NCBI GenBank assembly: GCA_051453625.1
Contig: JBOZIK010000001.1
Coordinates: forward strand, 15,965,427 to 16,002,545
DNA length: 37,119 nucleotides
Reading direction: 5' to 3'
Source: Welwitschia mirabilis
Taxonomy: Eukaryota
A model generated the notes under the pieces. That model saw only the letters and a list, made by a program, of their open reading frames with translations. It did no database searches and was not told where the DNA came from. A program made the translations under genes and the position numbers. Of the stretch, positions 11,896 through 23,088 are shown in pieces; the first letter of the stretch is position 1; each line of letters starts with the position of its first letter.

Positions 11896-14800
11896 AGATT
11901 ACAAAGCATTTGAGTATTATTGTTGCCTAAATAAGTGCCTTGAATTTAAATTAGGTTATTTATTTATGGTAGTATTGAATTTTTATTGCAAATATTATAA
12001 TTTTCATTCTACTACTTTTTGTTTTTCATTCTAGGTTTTTTATGTCTATCATCCTCTTAGTTGTCTAAATGATACAAGTGGATGATAACATGAGAGGATG
12101 AATAATAGTATGTTTTTATCTTTGTTTTTCTATAAATCTATTTTCTATTTTAAGTTTGTTATATAAAGTGATCATTAAAGATATCATTTACATGATGACC
12201 AAGATGTTGGTTATGCAAGAATGTTTTTGAGCATGTAGAGACATGGTAAAATCTAGTAAAAATTCAAAATATTAGAGGAAACAAAGATTAATGAAGAAAA
12301 ATAACAAAGAAGACTTACTCTATTACAAACAATACTCAAGTATACATGCCATAGATATGTAAATTTCAAGAATTAAAAAAACTTATTTTCTTTTTTTTCA
12401 AAAACCAAACTTTTCAAAAGTTGTGAAAATATTAGAATAGGAGAAAAAATGTTTTTATCCCTTTTTTTATTAATGAGTAGTGTTGCTTAATACAATCATG
12501 ATGAAAACCTCTAATTTAAATGTGAATATTATAGTTGGAGAGTTAGTAGAAGGAAACGTGAACTCCAAAAATATTTTTACTTACCTCTTAATAATCATGA
12601 ATAACTTAGAACCTAAAATTCTTCTTGTTCATCCTTCTCATCTACTTCTATAAATAATGATACTAAGATCATTAGAGAAATATTAGCTTAAAAAAAAGAA
12701 ACATAAGAATTTCTATGAATAATGATAAAAGGACTATTGGAGAAATATTGGCTAAAATAAGAGTTGAAAGAATAAGAAACAATAAAGTTTCTAAGAATAA
12801 CGGAAATAGGATACTTAAGGAAATATTTGTAGAAAGATGGTGGATAACACCAAATGATGTTGAGACTAGGAATTCAGCCCCTTCCTTTTCTCAAACTTCT
12901 TATTTTTCTCATCCTTATTTTTAAGATTCATGTAAAAACAATAATTAAAATTTTTTATATTTTAGAAACTCCACCTCATTTAATGAAACATCCTATAATT
13001 ATTTTAATAAATCCTGATCATCTCCCATGAATTATTATAAATAATAACCATCTCCCATATATTACTATGAGAGAAAAGTTCCAATGATCATGAAATACTA
13101 TGAATAAAGAAATAATTATGTTAAAGAAATGATTGAAACAATGAAAAAGAGGTAAGAATACACCATCAAAAACTACGAAAACCTAGCTAAGATGCTTACA
13201 AAAAAATTATTATAAAATTAATTATCTCAAGGTTCTTTTGCAATTAAACCTATCCTATGACATCCTACCTTGAGAAACATGATGAGAACTTATAAATAAA
13301 TAGTAATAATTCTTACTCAAAAAGAGAAAATGAAGTTATAGATCAAGTTAAACATCCCACTTATAAGGATATGAATGAAAAAAAAGGGGGGAAATGATGA
13401 TTCAACTCTATTATTCATCCAAATGGACAAAGATGACTAGTTATTAAAAGATGATACACTAGATTATAATTCTATTCATTTTCTATTAGAGAATAAAGAT
13501 GAAATAAAGGAATTAATTCAAGAAAAATATAAAAATTCTTTAGTCCTTGATAAAAATAATGATCACATTTATACTTATGATGAATATAATAAATTAAAAA
13601 ATAATGACATGTAACAAAATGATGAGAAAAGTAAGGAATAATATTATGATAATGATATTTAGATACTATATTATATTCTCTGTTTTTACTTACTATGTAA
13701 GGAGAATGATAGAGTTAATCCTTAAAAATAATCCTAATATATGAGATTAAGGGAGAATTTATGTAATAAAGTAAAATCAATGGAAATTTTACATAATGAA
13801 GGGAGTCATCCTGCTATATTGTCTAGATGGCAGCCCTAGACAATAATCAATGATAGTTTTTCAATGAAAATAATAAGGATTATAGTTTAAAATTAACTAA
13901 ATTATAATTAATCAATAAAGAGGAATAAGAATCAACTCAAGTAATATAAAAAAATCTTCAATATCATATTGAAGATAATGAGCATGCTTCTTTTTATGAT
14001 ATTGTTAATAATATTATTAACGAATCAACTAATTTAGAGAATGACCATAATCTTTAACAACCTAATAATGAGTACAATAAAAAAGAGGAAGATATAGTCA
14101 ATGATAATAATAAAGGCAATTAAGAAGAGGAAGATATTACCAAAGATAATAATGAAGAAAGTAAAGAAATAATTCAACCAAGTAATGATGAAGTCAATAA
14201 TGAGAAGGAGAGGAATAAAGAAGAATCTATAGAAAATCAACCAAACTTAATGGAGAATAGACTTATACCTTCTAATGCAACAACCTATTATAAAGAATTT
14301 ATTCATGTTTCTCCATCACTTTCACTTATACTTTTATGAAAATCCTTAAATGACGTCCCTTCTTCCACTCCTACTTTAACATTATCTTATGATCTTGATA
14401 ATGATAATCTTTTCCCCTTTCTTCCATTTGAACATTTAAATAATTATTTAAATTACATGTTTCTTCTTAATTTTAAAGAGACACATAACTTTAATAAGTC
14501 TATTTCTGAAATCTCTTCATATTTTCCTTTTAAAACTCATTGTAATACAAAAAGTAGCATCTTTTCCTCTTTTATCAAGTTTACTTTACCTTGTACCTTT
14601 AATGATTACTCTTTTTAAAAGTATAACTTGGGATATCTTGGAACTCTAAATTAGGGTATACCTTATCTTCTTGATTCTAATCCATGCTTATAGTTAAATC
14701 TTAAAGAGCTACTTAAGTATGTTACACCTATCTTAATTAGGGATCTTAAGAACTCTCTTCAAAATCCTAGAATCCCTAATAGTATCATTTATGTCTTCAT

Positions 14801-15968
14801 TTTAAATATTAATTTTTAAATAAAATCTATGTTTTAAATCCTTTAGACTTTAAGTTTGATAAGAGATTGTTTTCCCATGAATTATATGAATTTTTTATCT
14901 CTTATATTATATATAAATATTGTAGAGATAAAAAGGCATTTAGTTATGACAATTTGAAAAATCCTTACCTCCTTGATAAAAATCCATATGTTGAGTTAAA
15001 TGATAGAAATTTACTTAATCTTATAGATAATATAAATAGCCTTTAAAAACTTCTTGGATATTTTATTTTAGTAGTTCCTTACATGTAGTATGTAATTATC
15101 ATCATGATTTACATTGTTTTAATAAGAGATTATTTTTCAATGAGATTCTCTTATTTAGAATCTAATATTTGTGCTATGAAAGTCTTATCATTTTACTATG
15201 CTTACTTCAATTGATTTTACTCAAAAATGATTGTATATCATTTATGTTCTATTAATTAGTTTCTATTTGGTTTGGTTCTTATTTTTTGAAGAAAGTACAA
15301 TATTCTAAGACCTTAGCCTTACAAAAATAAACATTTATTTTTATTTTAAATAAAGCATTAAATTTAAATAAAACTTGTTTTTATTTTTCTTTGATATTTT
15401 CTTTTGATTTTATGTTGTTATATTCTTCTTCTTAGTTTTTTTTTTTTTTATATAACAAGTTAACATCTATATGGTTACACCCTTAGCTTTTAAAAAAAGT
15501 ATTTTAATTCTCAATTAAGATTTCCAATTTGAGTACTAGGAAAATTTTAAAAAATGAATAAAAGTTAAAAATCTATAAATCATTAAACCTTGAACATGAT
15601 ATAAGAACTTACTTTAGAAGTCCTTCTGCCATTGTTTAAATTTTTTCTTAGCCAATTCTTTTGGTGGTCATCATGCTATCAATTAAACATCTTTAGATGT
15701 TTTACTTTATGAAGTTATCATAACTAGTAATTTTTACTTGGGTATTTCAAAGTAATAAGATTATATTCATCCAATCTTAATACATTTGTATATCTATGAA
15801 CTTCATTTTGAAGGAAGATGATTTGATTTTTTATGTTTTCTCTTAATGGTATCGGCCTTTAGTTGTTTCAGGATATTCTTTCTTCCTTTTTATCTTATTT
15901 CTTCTTCTTTGTCTTTGAGTGTATATAGTCATGTGGGAATTATTTCAATTTTAAAATAAAAGAAAGAA

Positions 15969-15987
15969 TGTGAGAGAGTGTGTGAGA

Positions 15988-16035
<48 letters not shown>
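15969..16035. repeat. (GT/GA)n then (GA)n microsatellite running into an assembly gap
   Basis: TGTGAGAGAGTGTGTGAGAGTGT followed by pure GA repeats up to the 100-N gap at 16036-16135. Confidence 0.97.
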
Positions 16036-16135
16036 NNNNNNNNNNNNNNNNNNNNNNNNNNNNNNNNNNNNNNNNNNNNNNNNNNNNNNNNNNNNNNNNN
16101 NNNNNNNNNNNNNNNNNNNNNNNNNNNNNNNNNNN
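16036..16135. other. Assembly gap of exactly 100 N (likely unknown-size placeholder); other gaps at 3350-3479, 6484-7170, 34559-34781, 36091-36110
   Basis: N runs in the sequence. Confidence 0.98.
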
Positions 16136-17241
16136 TTATTAATCATGTTCAAATTATTAGGCTTTGACGTGCTAGGTAGGTTTTCAAGGGAAGGCACAAT
16201 TGCCATGAAAGATAACCTTCTATCTTTGTTTGATTCTTGATCTGAATAGCTATTATTATCATCATCATCATTGTCCCATGTGGCAATAAAAGAGGGATTC
16301 TTTGTTTTTCTATTATTTTTTCTTGTGTTAGGGCACTCATTTACTATATGATCAAATCCTTTTCATGAGTAGCATTGTATTTATTTACCTTTTTCTTGAT
16401 CCCTTCTATGTTTCAGATGATTTGTTTTTGAGTTTCTACTGGATTCTCCTTTCTTTTTTTCTATGTAGAAACTTTTTAAACCTTCTAACTAGATGAGCCA
16501 CTTCATCATTGTCTAAGTCCTTATCTGATCTTTTAGATCTATAGTATTCCTACACATATTTTAAAGTAATACCTTTCTTCTTATCTTTAATAAATTTAAG
16601 TTTATAGGTTTGCAAATTATCTTGTAGTTCTTCCAATGCCATTACATTTATGATTTTGCTCTCTTTGATGGCTGTGGCCTTTGGTTAGAATCTCTTAGGT
16701 AGGAATCTCAAAACTTTCTTTACTACCTTTTCTTTATCGAAGAATTCTCCAAGGCTTGCCATAGAGTTTACGATATCAATGAGTCTAGAAAAGAATTCCT
16801 GTAAGGTCTTCTTTTTTTCTATATGAATGTCTTAAAATTTTGAAATGAGAATTTAAATTTTATCTTGCTTTACAGTTGAGGTTCTTTTATGTACTACTTC
16901 AAGAATGTCCTAAGCTTCTTTAGCATGATTACAGTTTACTATGCACTTAAAATCATCTGCATAGGCTGCACAAGCTATGGCATTAAGAGCATGAGCATCT
17001 GTGATGGCTTTTGACTTGTCAATGAGGGTCCATTAATTTCAGATTTTAGGAACTAAGATAGTATTATCATTGGCATCTATTTAAGTTAACATTGGCATAG
17101 TATAACCTTTATAAATGACTTCCTCTATATCAGCATCCAAAGATCTAAGAAATATTCTTATTTGGCTTTCCGGTAAGTATAGTTTGATCCATCAAACATG
17201 GATGAATAACTGATGGAAAAACCATAAAATGGATTACTCAT
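16136..17241 (-). pseudogene. Copia/Sirevirus gag remnant, second unit (truncated by gap)
   Basis: ATG at 17241 MSNPFYGFS..MFDGSNYTYRKAKIRIFLRSLDADI*; V.KVLRFLPKRF.PKATAIKESK..VMALEELQDNLQTY; decayed CCHC knuckle ~16330-16375. Confidence 0.88.
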
Positions 17242-17292
17242 TTTAGAATTCTAAAGTTTAGATCAGATAAAATATAAATAATACTTAACTTA

Positions 17293-17304
17293 ACTCTGAT
17301 ACCA
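17293..17304 (-). promoter_or_regulatory. tRNA-iMet primer-binding site
   Basis: Minus strand TGGTATCAGAGT two bases after the LTR end. Confidence 0.9.
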
Positions 17305-17306
17305 AT

Positions 17307-18855
17307 TGATAGGATTGAGAACCCTAGAGGAAGAGTGAATAGGTTCTTAAAAATTACAACAAAGTATTTTAAATGAATCAATAATATATCAAAAACTTAT
17401 ACAAAAGAATTTAATAATTTAAAATGTGCATGAAAAGAAAAGCTAATAGAAGTAAAGAAATAAACTAATTAAAAGAACAAGATACCAAATAGATGTATAC
17501 AAGATTTTTATAATGGTTTAGAAAATCCTCTACTCTACTCTTGATGATTAGCTTATCACCAAGCTTGATCCGGATCTTTGTTACTCCATTAGGTGTTCCA
17601 GGTTCACTTGTAATCTTTACAAATGAACTTTTCAAGGCTTGGTCTCAACTTTTGGGTGGAATTTTTTAGGATTAATCTCAACCTTTGAATGGACTTTTTA
17701 AGGCTTAGTCTCAACCTTTGAATAGAATTTTCAAGGCTTAGTCTTAACCTTTTACAATGTAGAATAGTGATGAAATGATGTCAATATGCATGAATATCAC
17801 TCGTTCTTGATACAGTAGATTTGATGGATCTCTTCTCCTATAGATGTATATTAGATAAATCACTAGATCTAACCTTAAATATAGAGATGATATAGAAAAT
17901 AGATCTTTCTTGATCAAAAGTACACATGCTAAGACTCAATAGTGAAAATTAGAAGATTACAGTGCTAGTTCCTTCGATCCAAAAGATTAACATAATTAAA
18001 AAATGATTCCAAAGGATTCTGTCATCATCTCTCTCTTAGACATTTATATTGGAAGGCTTTTAGAATTTATTACATTTGAAAGTTCTAATAACTATAAATG
18101 TTTATAAAATAACTATCTAGTAGATACATAATGGATAGAAAATTTTAGTTCTATTTCATCCAATTAACTCTACAAAAGTGCAATTGACTCCATAGAGAGT
18201 CGTGACATACATAATTCACATGAGTGAAAATTTTGGATGCTCTAATTTCTTATGGCTTCATGTCTGAATGATTCCATATAATTCTAATAAATCCTAATTT
18301 AGTCATCCACTATATAATTTGATCACAAGCTTATTCTAATAAAGATCTTTCTAATTTCTAGCATCAGGTCTAGTTAACCCCTTTAGGTGTCTGGTCAACT
18401 CCATAATGATTGGCCTAGGAATATTAGCTTTACAGTGGTCAGATTTAGTCAACCTAATCATAGGTTTGATTAACTCCTTGTTAATCAGTTTAGGAGTACT
18501 ATTTCTTAGTTCACAGATCTGATCAATTCCATTATAGTCCTGGTTGATACTTTGTCATTCATTCCAGCGCTATTGTTTATCAGGTATATAAATCTAGTCA
18601 ACCCCATTAGAAATTCAATTGACCCCTCTAGATTTAGTTCATTTTATCTTTCTTCTTCAAGTATAGTTGATTTTTAAAAGTCTAGTTGACCTTTTAAGAG
18701 GGTAAATAAACTGACAGATGTCTAGTTCTTAGAATTCGATGGTTTTGATTTCATTTTTAGACCTATAAGTAATTAATATCTTCTATACAAGATACACAAA
18801 ATTTGCTATATAGAAAATATTAGTTTGACATTAATTAATAAAACATAATCTAATA
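17307..18855 (-). repeat. Middle (shared) LTR of the Sirevirus-like tandem
   Basis: Direct repeat of 23089-24642; PPT on its upstream side and PBS on its downstream side; decayed CTATTCACCCCC-type motif near its 3' end. Confidence 0.92.
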
Positions 18856-19426
18856 ATCTTCCCTTTTGACATTGATGGCAAACAATACATAGTTGTAAAA
18901 ATATTTAGAACTTAGAAAATCTCCTCCTCACAAAATTCCTATTACAAAATATTACACCTTTTAAAACCAAGTTAAGACATTTTGAATAATAAAATTTTGT
19001 AATTAAAATAGAATGAATTTAATATGTATATTTGAATATTTAAAAACATAAATTTTATAAAAAGCAGAATGTGATCATATAAACCATTTAACATTTTAAT
19101 TAGTTATCACATTTTAGAATTTATTTTCAACATAGGACATAAACATGTAAATTTGTGAAATAAACATTTAAGACTTTAAAATTTTAAGTTAAGTACATAT
19201 GATACTAATAGAGAAACATGTTAAGAACATATGATTTGTGTAAGCACAAAAAAATTTGAAATACCAATTAAGAACAATTTAGAGTATAAAAGTAAAGTGC
19301 ATATAGATTTCATTAAACATAGGTAAATAATACAAAATAAAAATATTCATCAAGATCATGCTACATTTGAAATCATAAGAAAAACATACAATAACTAATT
19401 ATCCCCCTTTTGACATCAATGACAAA
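18856..19426 (-). promoter_or_regulatory. Multiple polypurine tracts upstream of the LTR
   Basis: Minus strand TTTGCCATCAATGTCAAAAGGGAAGAT abutting the LTR (18882-18856), AGGAGGAGAT (~18928-18919) and TTTGTCATTGATGTCAAAAGGGGGATA (19426-19400); multiple PPTs are a known Sirevirus trait. Confidence 0.8.
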
Positions 19427-19469
19427 GGATAGAATTAAAAATGCATAAGAAAAACATAATTTAAAGTCT

Positions 19470-20627
19470 CTAATCAAACTCCTCCTTCTCTTTTGCTTCT
19501 TCTTCTTCAGAGTCTTCCTCTAAATCTTCATCATCATCTCCTGGGCATGTTGAGATGGTGGCCTCTATTGAGGTATCAGCAATATCATATCTAGTTTCTA
19601 TGAGTTCTTCCTTTATGTATCTGGTATGAGAATCAATCTATCTTAGATACTAAAGAGTCTCATCAGGAGAGGCTTTCTTTAAAGAAGGTGACTTTAAGGA
19701 TTTCTTAGAGGGGATAAATATGTGCATACAAGATAAATTTACATATCCAATGAATTTCATAGGCTAAAGGATTTCTAGTTTTGACTAGAAGATTACATAA
19801 AAATGATGACACAAGCTTGTGATAACCACAGAGTAGGGTAATGCTCTAGTTCTGTTATACTTTGACTGAAGACCATATTTTTTAGTATAATGGTAGGAGC
19901 ATCAATAGAATGCTTTATTATTATCAAATACATTAGATAGGCTTTATAGCTAGAGGCCTCATCATGATGTCCAACTAAAGATAAGAAAGTATAAGTGAAA
20001 ATCAAGTGAAGAAAGTGGTACTTGGGTTTCAACAAGGAAGTAAAAAGAGTGTGCTTTCAAGAGTGAATCTTATCACAGACGTCCTTGATAATAGAAGGCT
20101 TGTCTTCCATAGGTCTCAAAGAGGCTAAAGATCTTCATAGTCACCTTTAGAAAGATTAGTTATATCAGAAATGAGATTTATGATTACTCTCAGGTGCTTC
20201 CCCAAAACAAGGGTTTCAGGGTTCCTAAATCCTAATCATAAGAAGCATCATAGTAAAATATGTGAGCAAGAAATGGATAAGTAAAGCTAGAAAAATTTAG
20301 AAAATAATTAAAATACTAATTTATTAAGAGCTAAATGACATTCTTGATCTCTTTAACCTCTGAGGTTACCATAGATCCTTCTTGAAACACTATCTTCTTC
20401 TCAAACTTTTTTGAGAACTTATCAATATCTTCCTCAGACATTTTATGATAGAGAAGAATAAGATCTCTTAAATAAGCTTTCTTACCTCTTCTCCTGAATG
20501 ATGTTTTAGCAATTTCAAAGATCTTGAAAGTAAGAAATCTAAAAGAAAAAAACACTAGATGTAAGATCAAAGATCTGGATATAAAAGAGAAAGCTCTAGA
20601 TCTAAGAGGTGGAGAAGAGTAGAACAC
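19470..20627 (-). pseudogene. Sirevirus env-like/extra ORF remnant (resembles plant-transposon Transposase_32-type domain) with acidic tail
   Basis: KFEKKIVFQEG..FTYPFLAHIFYY; LKPKYHFLHLIFTYTFLSLVGHHDEASSYKAYLMYLII..IDAPTIILKNM; ALPYSVVITSLCHHF; ends GDDDEDLEEDSEEEEAKEKEEFD* at 19470. Located between pol position and 3' LTR. True start uncertain. Confidence 0.7.
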
Positions 20628-21059
20628 AAGGAAATCAATTTAGGGATCTCTTTCTTTTATAGATAAGATGAAATAAGATGAAATGAAGAAATAAATTAGA
20701 TCCATCAATGGTACTTATATATTATGATCTGTCAGATTTGGTTAATCACTTAAAATTCCAGTTGATCCATTAAGACTTGACTCTATAGTATAGGAAGAGC
20801 CTTAATTGACTGAGTTTTTAGGCTAGTTGACTAACTACATCTAGTGGACTGAATCATAAATCTCGTCAACCCCTATAATGAGCTAAAGGATGGTGAGTAA
20901 ACCCCTAGTTTATCTTTATAATTAATAAGTAAATTCTAGAAACTAGGTGTTACTTGAAAGTTTTTCAAAAACCATTCAAATTTATCAAAATTTAAGATGA
21001 AATTTCTATTTTCCATGTCATAGTTTGTATGATTTAACTAATCAATAAATAAGTATCTA

Positions 21060-23023
21060 TTTTATAAATTATATCTACTATGTTTCAGTAAAGATAACAA
21101 TATTTATTTTCTCATCTACAACTTCACATTTCGATTTTCTAAAAATTACTTTGTGACCTTTGTCATATAATTGACTAATGCTTAATAAATTATGTTTTAT
21201 ACCATTTACATAAAGCACATCATCAACTTTAGATAATTTACCTCCTTTAATGAATCTTGTACCTTCTATCTTTATCTTTTTATTATTTTCAAAAATGACT
21301 TCTCCCCTATTAATGCTCCTTAGGTGTTGAAAGTTTGATCTTTCTCTAGTCATATGTCATGAGCATCCACTGTCTAGATACAAACTATTTATACTTAATC
21401 CTTTGAGAGCTATCTATGTTGGCTCTTACCCACTTAGTTTTGTTAGACTTTGGTGGTATACATCTTTTAGAAATAAATTTAAATGATAAATAACTTACAC
21501 AATCAAAAAAAATCATTAATTTTCTAATCTTGCAAAAAAGCTTTGAATGACTAAATTTACCACAAAAGTTACATGAAAGTTTATAAGTATACTTACATTG
21601 TTAGTTTATCTATTTTTGCAAATTTCTGAACTAAAACCAATATATAATCTATCTCCAATAGGTTTCTGCACTTCAAGCATCTATTCCAATTTGAGAGAAC
21701 CACTAGAAGATTTATTTACAAATAAGAATAGATTTTTTACCTTTGACATTAGATTGGTGTTGTTTGATTTTAGGAAATTATACTTTATTTCCATTTCCTT
21801 CTTATCTTTAGTGAGAGTCTTCACAATTCTATTCAAATTATTTATCCTTTTACTTAACTTTTCACATTCTTCATATAGTTGCTAGCATTTATCTTCTAAT
21901 TTATCCTCTTCTTCATTGACTATGTCTAAATCATCAGAATCTGATGTGCTAGGTATATTTTTAAGGGATAAAACAATCACCATAAAAGATAACCTTCTAT
22001 CTCTATTTGATTCTTGATTTGAATAACTATCGTCATCATCATCGTCATTGTTTCACATGGTAATAAAATAGGGATTATTTATTTTCTTATTATCTCTTCT
22101 TGTGTTAGGACATTCATTTATCATATGACCAAATCTTTTGCATGAGTAGCATTGTATTTCTATACCTTTTTCTTGCTCCTTTTTATGTTTTAGATGACTT
22201 CTTTTTGAGTTTATACTTGATTCTCCTTCCCTTTTTTTTCCTATGTAGAAACTTCCTAAACCTTCTAGCTAGAAGAGCCACTTCATCATCATCTAAGTCC
22301 TCATCTAATCTTTTAGATCTGTAGTATTCCTACACACATTTTAAATCAATACCTTTCTTCTTATCTTTGATGAATTTAATTTCATAGGTTTGCAAATTAT
22401 CTTGTAGTTCTTCCAGTGCCATTACATTTATGTTTTTGCTCCCCTTGATGGCTGTGACCTTTGGTTTAGATCTCTTAGGTAGGAATCTTAAAACTTTTCT
22501 TACCATTTTTTCTTTATTCAAGAATTCTCTAAGTTCTGCTATAGAGTTTACAATATCAATAAGTCTAGAAAAGAATTCTTACAAGGTCTCCTCTTCATCC
22601 ATATGGATTTCTTTAAATTTTGAAATAAGCATTTCAAGTTTAGCTTACTTTACAGTTGAGGTTTCTTTGTATGCTACTTTAAGAATTTTCCAAGCTTCTT
22701 TAGCATTATTACAATTCACTATGTGCTTAAACTTATCTGTACAGACTGCACAAAATATGGCATTAATAGGATGGACATATATGGTGGTTTTTAACTTATC
22801 AGTGGAGGTCCATTGATTTCAAGCTCTGGGAACTAAGATAGTATTACAATTGGCATCAGTTTACATTAACAAAGGCATAAAATAACCTTTATAAATAACT
22901 TATTCTATATTAGCATGCAAAGATCTAGGAAATATTCTCATTCTGAATTTCTAGTAAGCATAGTTTGACCCATTAAACATGGGTGGAGAATTGATGAAAA
23001 AAACCATTAAATGTATTACTCAT
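21060..23023 (-). pseudogene. Copia/Sirevirus gag (two CCHC zinc knuckles) plus aspartic protease remnant
   Basis: ATG at 23023; PPMFNGSNYAY; MVRKVLRFLPKR..VMALEELQDNLQTYE; CYSCKRFGHMINEC ~22110-22153; CNFCGKFSHSKLFC ~21531-21573; LYLDSGCS*HMT..VLYVNGIKHNLLSISQLYDKGHKVIF (21385-21078). Confidence 0.92.
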
Positions 23024-23074
23024 TATAAGGTTCTAAAATAAAGATCAGTTAAAACCTAAATAGAACTTAACTTA

Positions 23075-23086
23075 GATCTAATACCA
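23075..23086 (-). promoter_or_regulatory. tRNA-iMet primer-binding site (decayed)
   Basis: Minus strand TGGTATTAGATC two bases after the LTR end. Confidence 0.8.
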
Positions 23087-23088
23087 AT

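Noticed and set aside
17625..17755. 33-bp repeats (and the 74-bp and 100-bp LTR arrays) as a CRISPR-like array
   Set aside because: Degenerate tandem units without unique spacers, inside plant LTRs, with no cas genes.
21598..22816. Plus-strand ORFs of 95, 60 and 128 aa
   Set aside because: Antisense shadows of the minus-strand gag.
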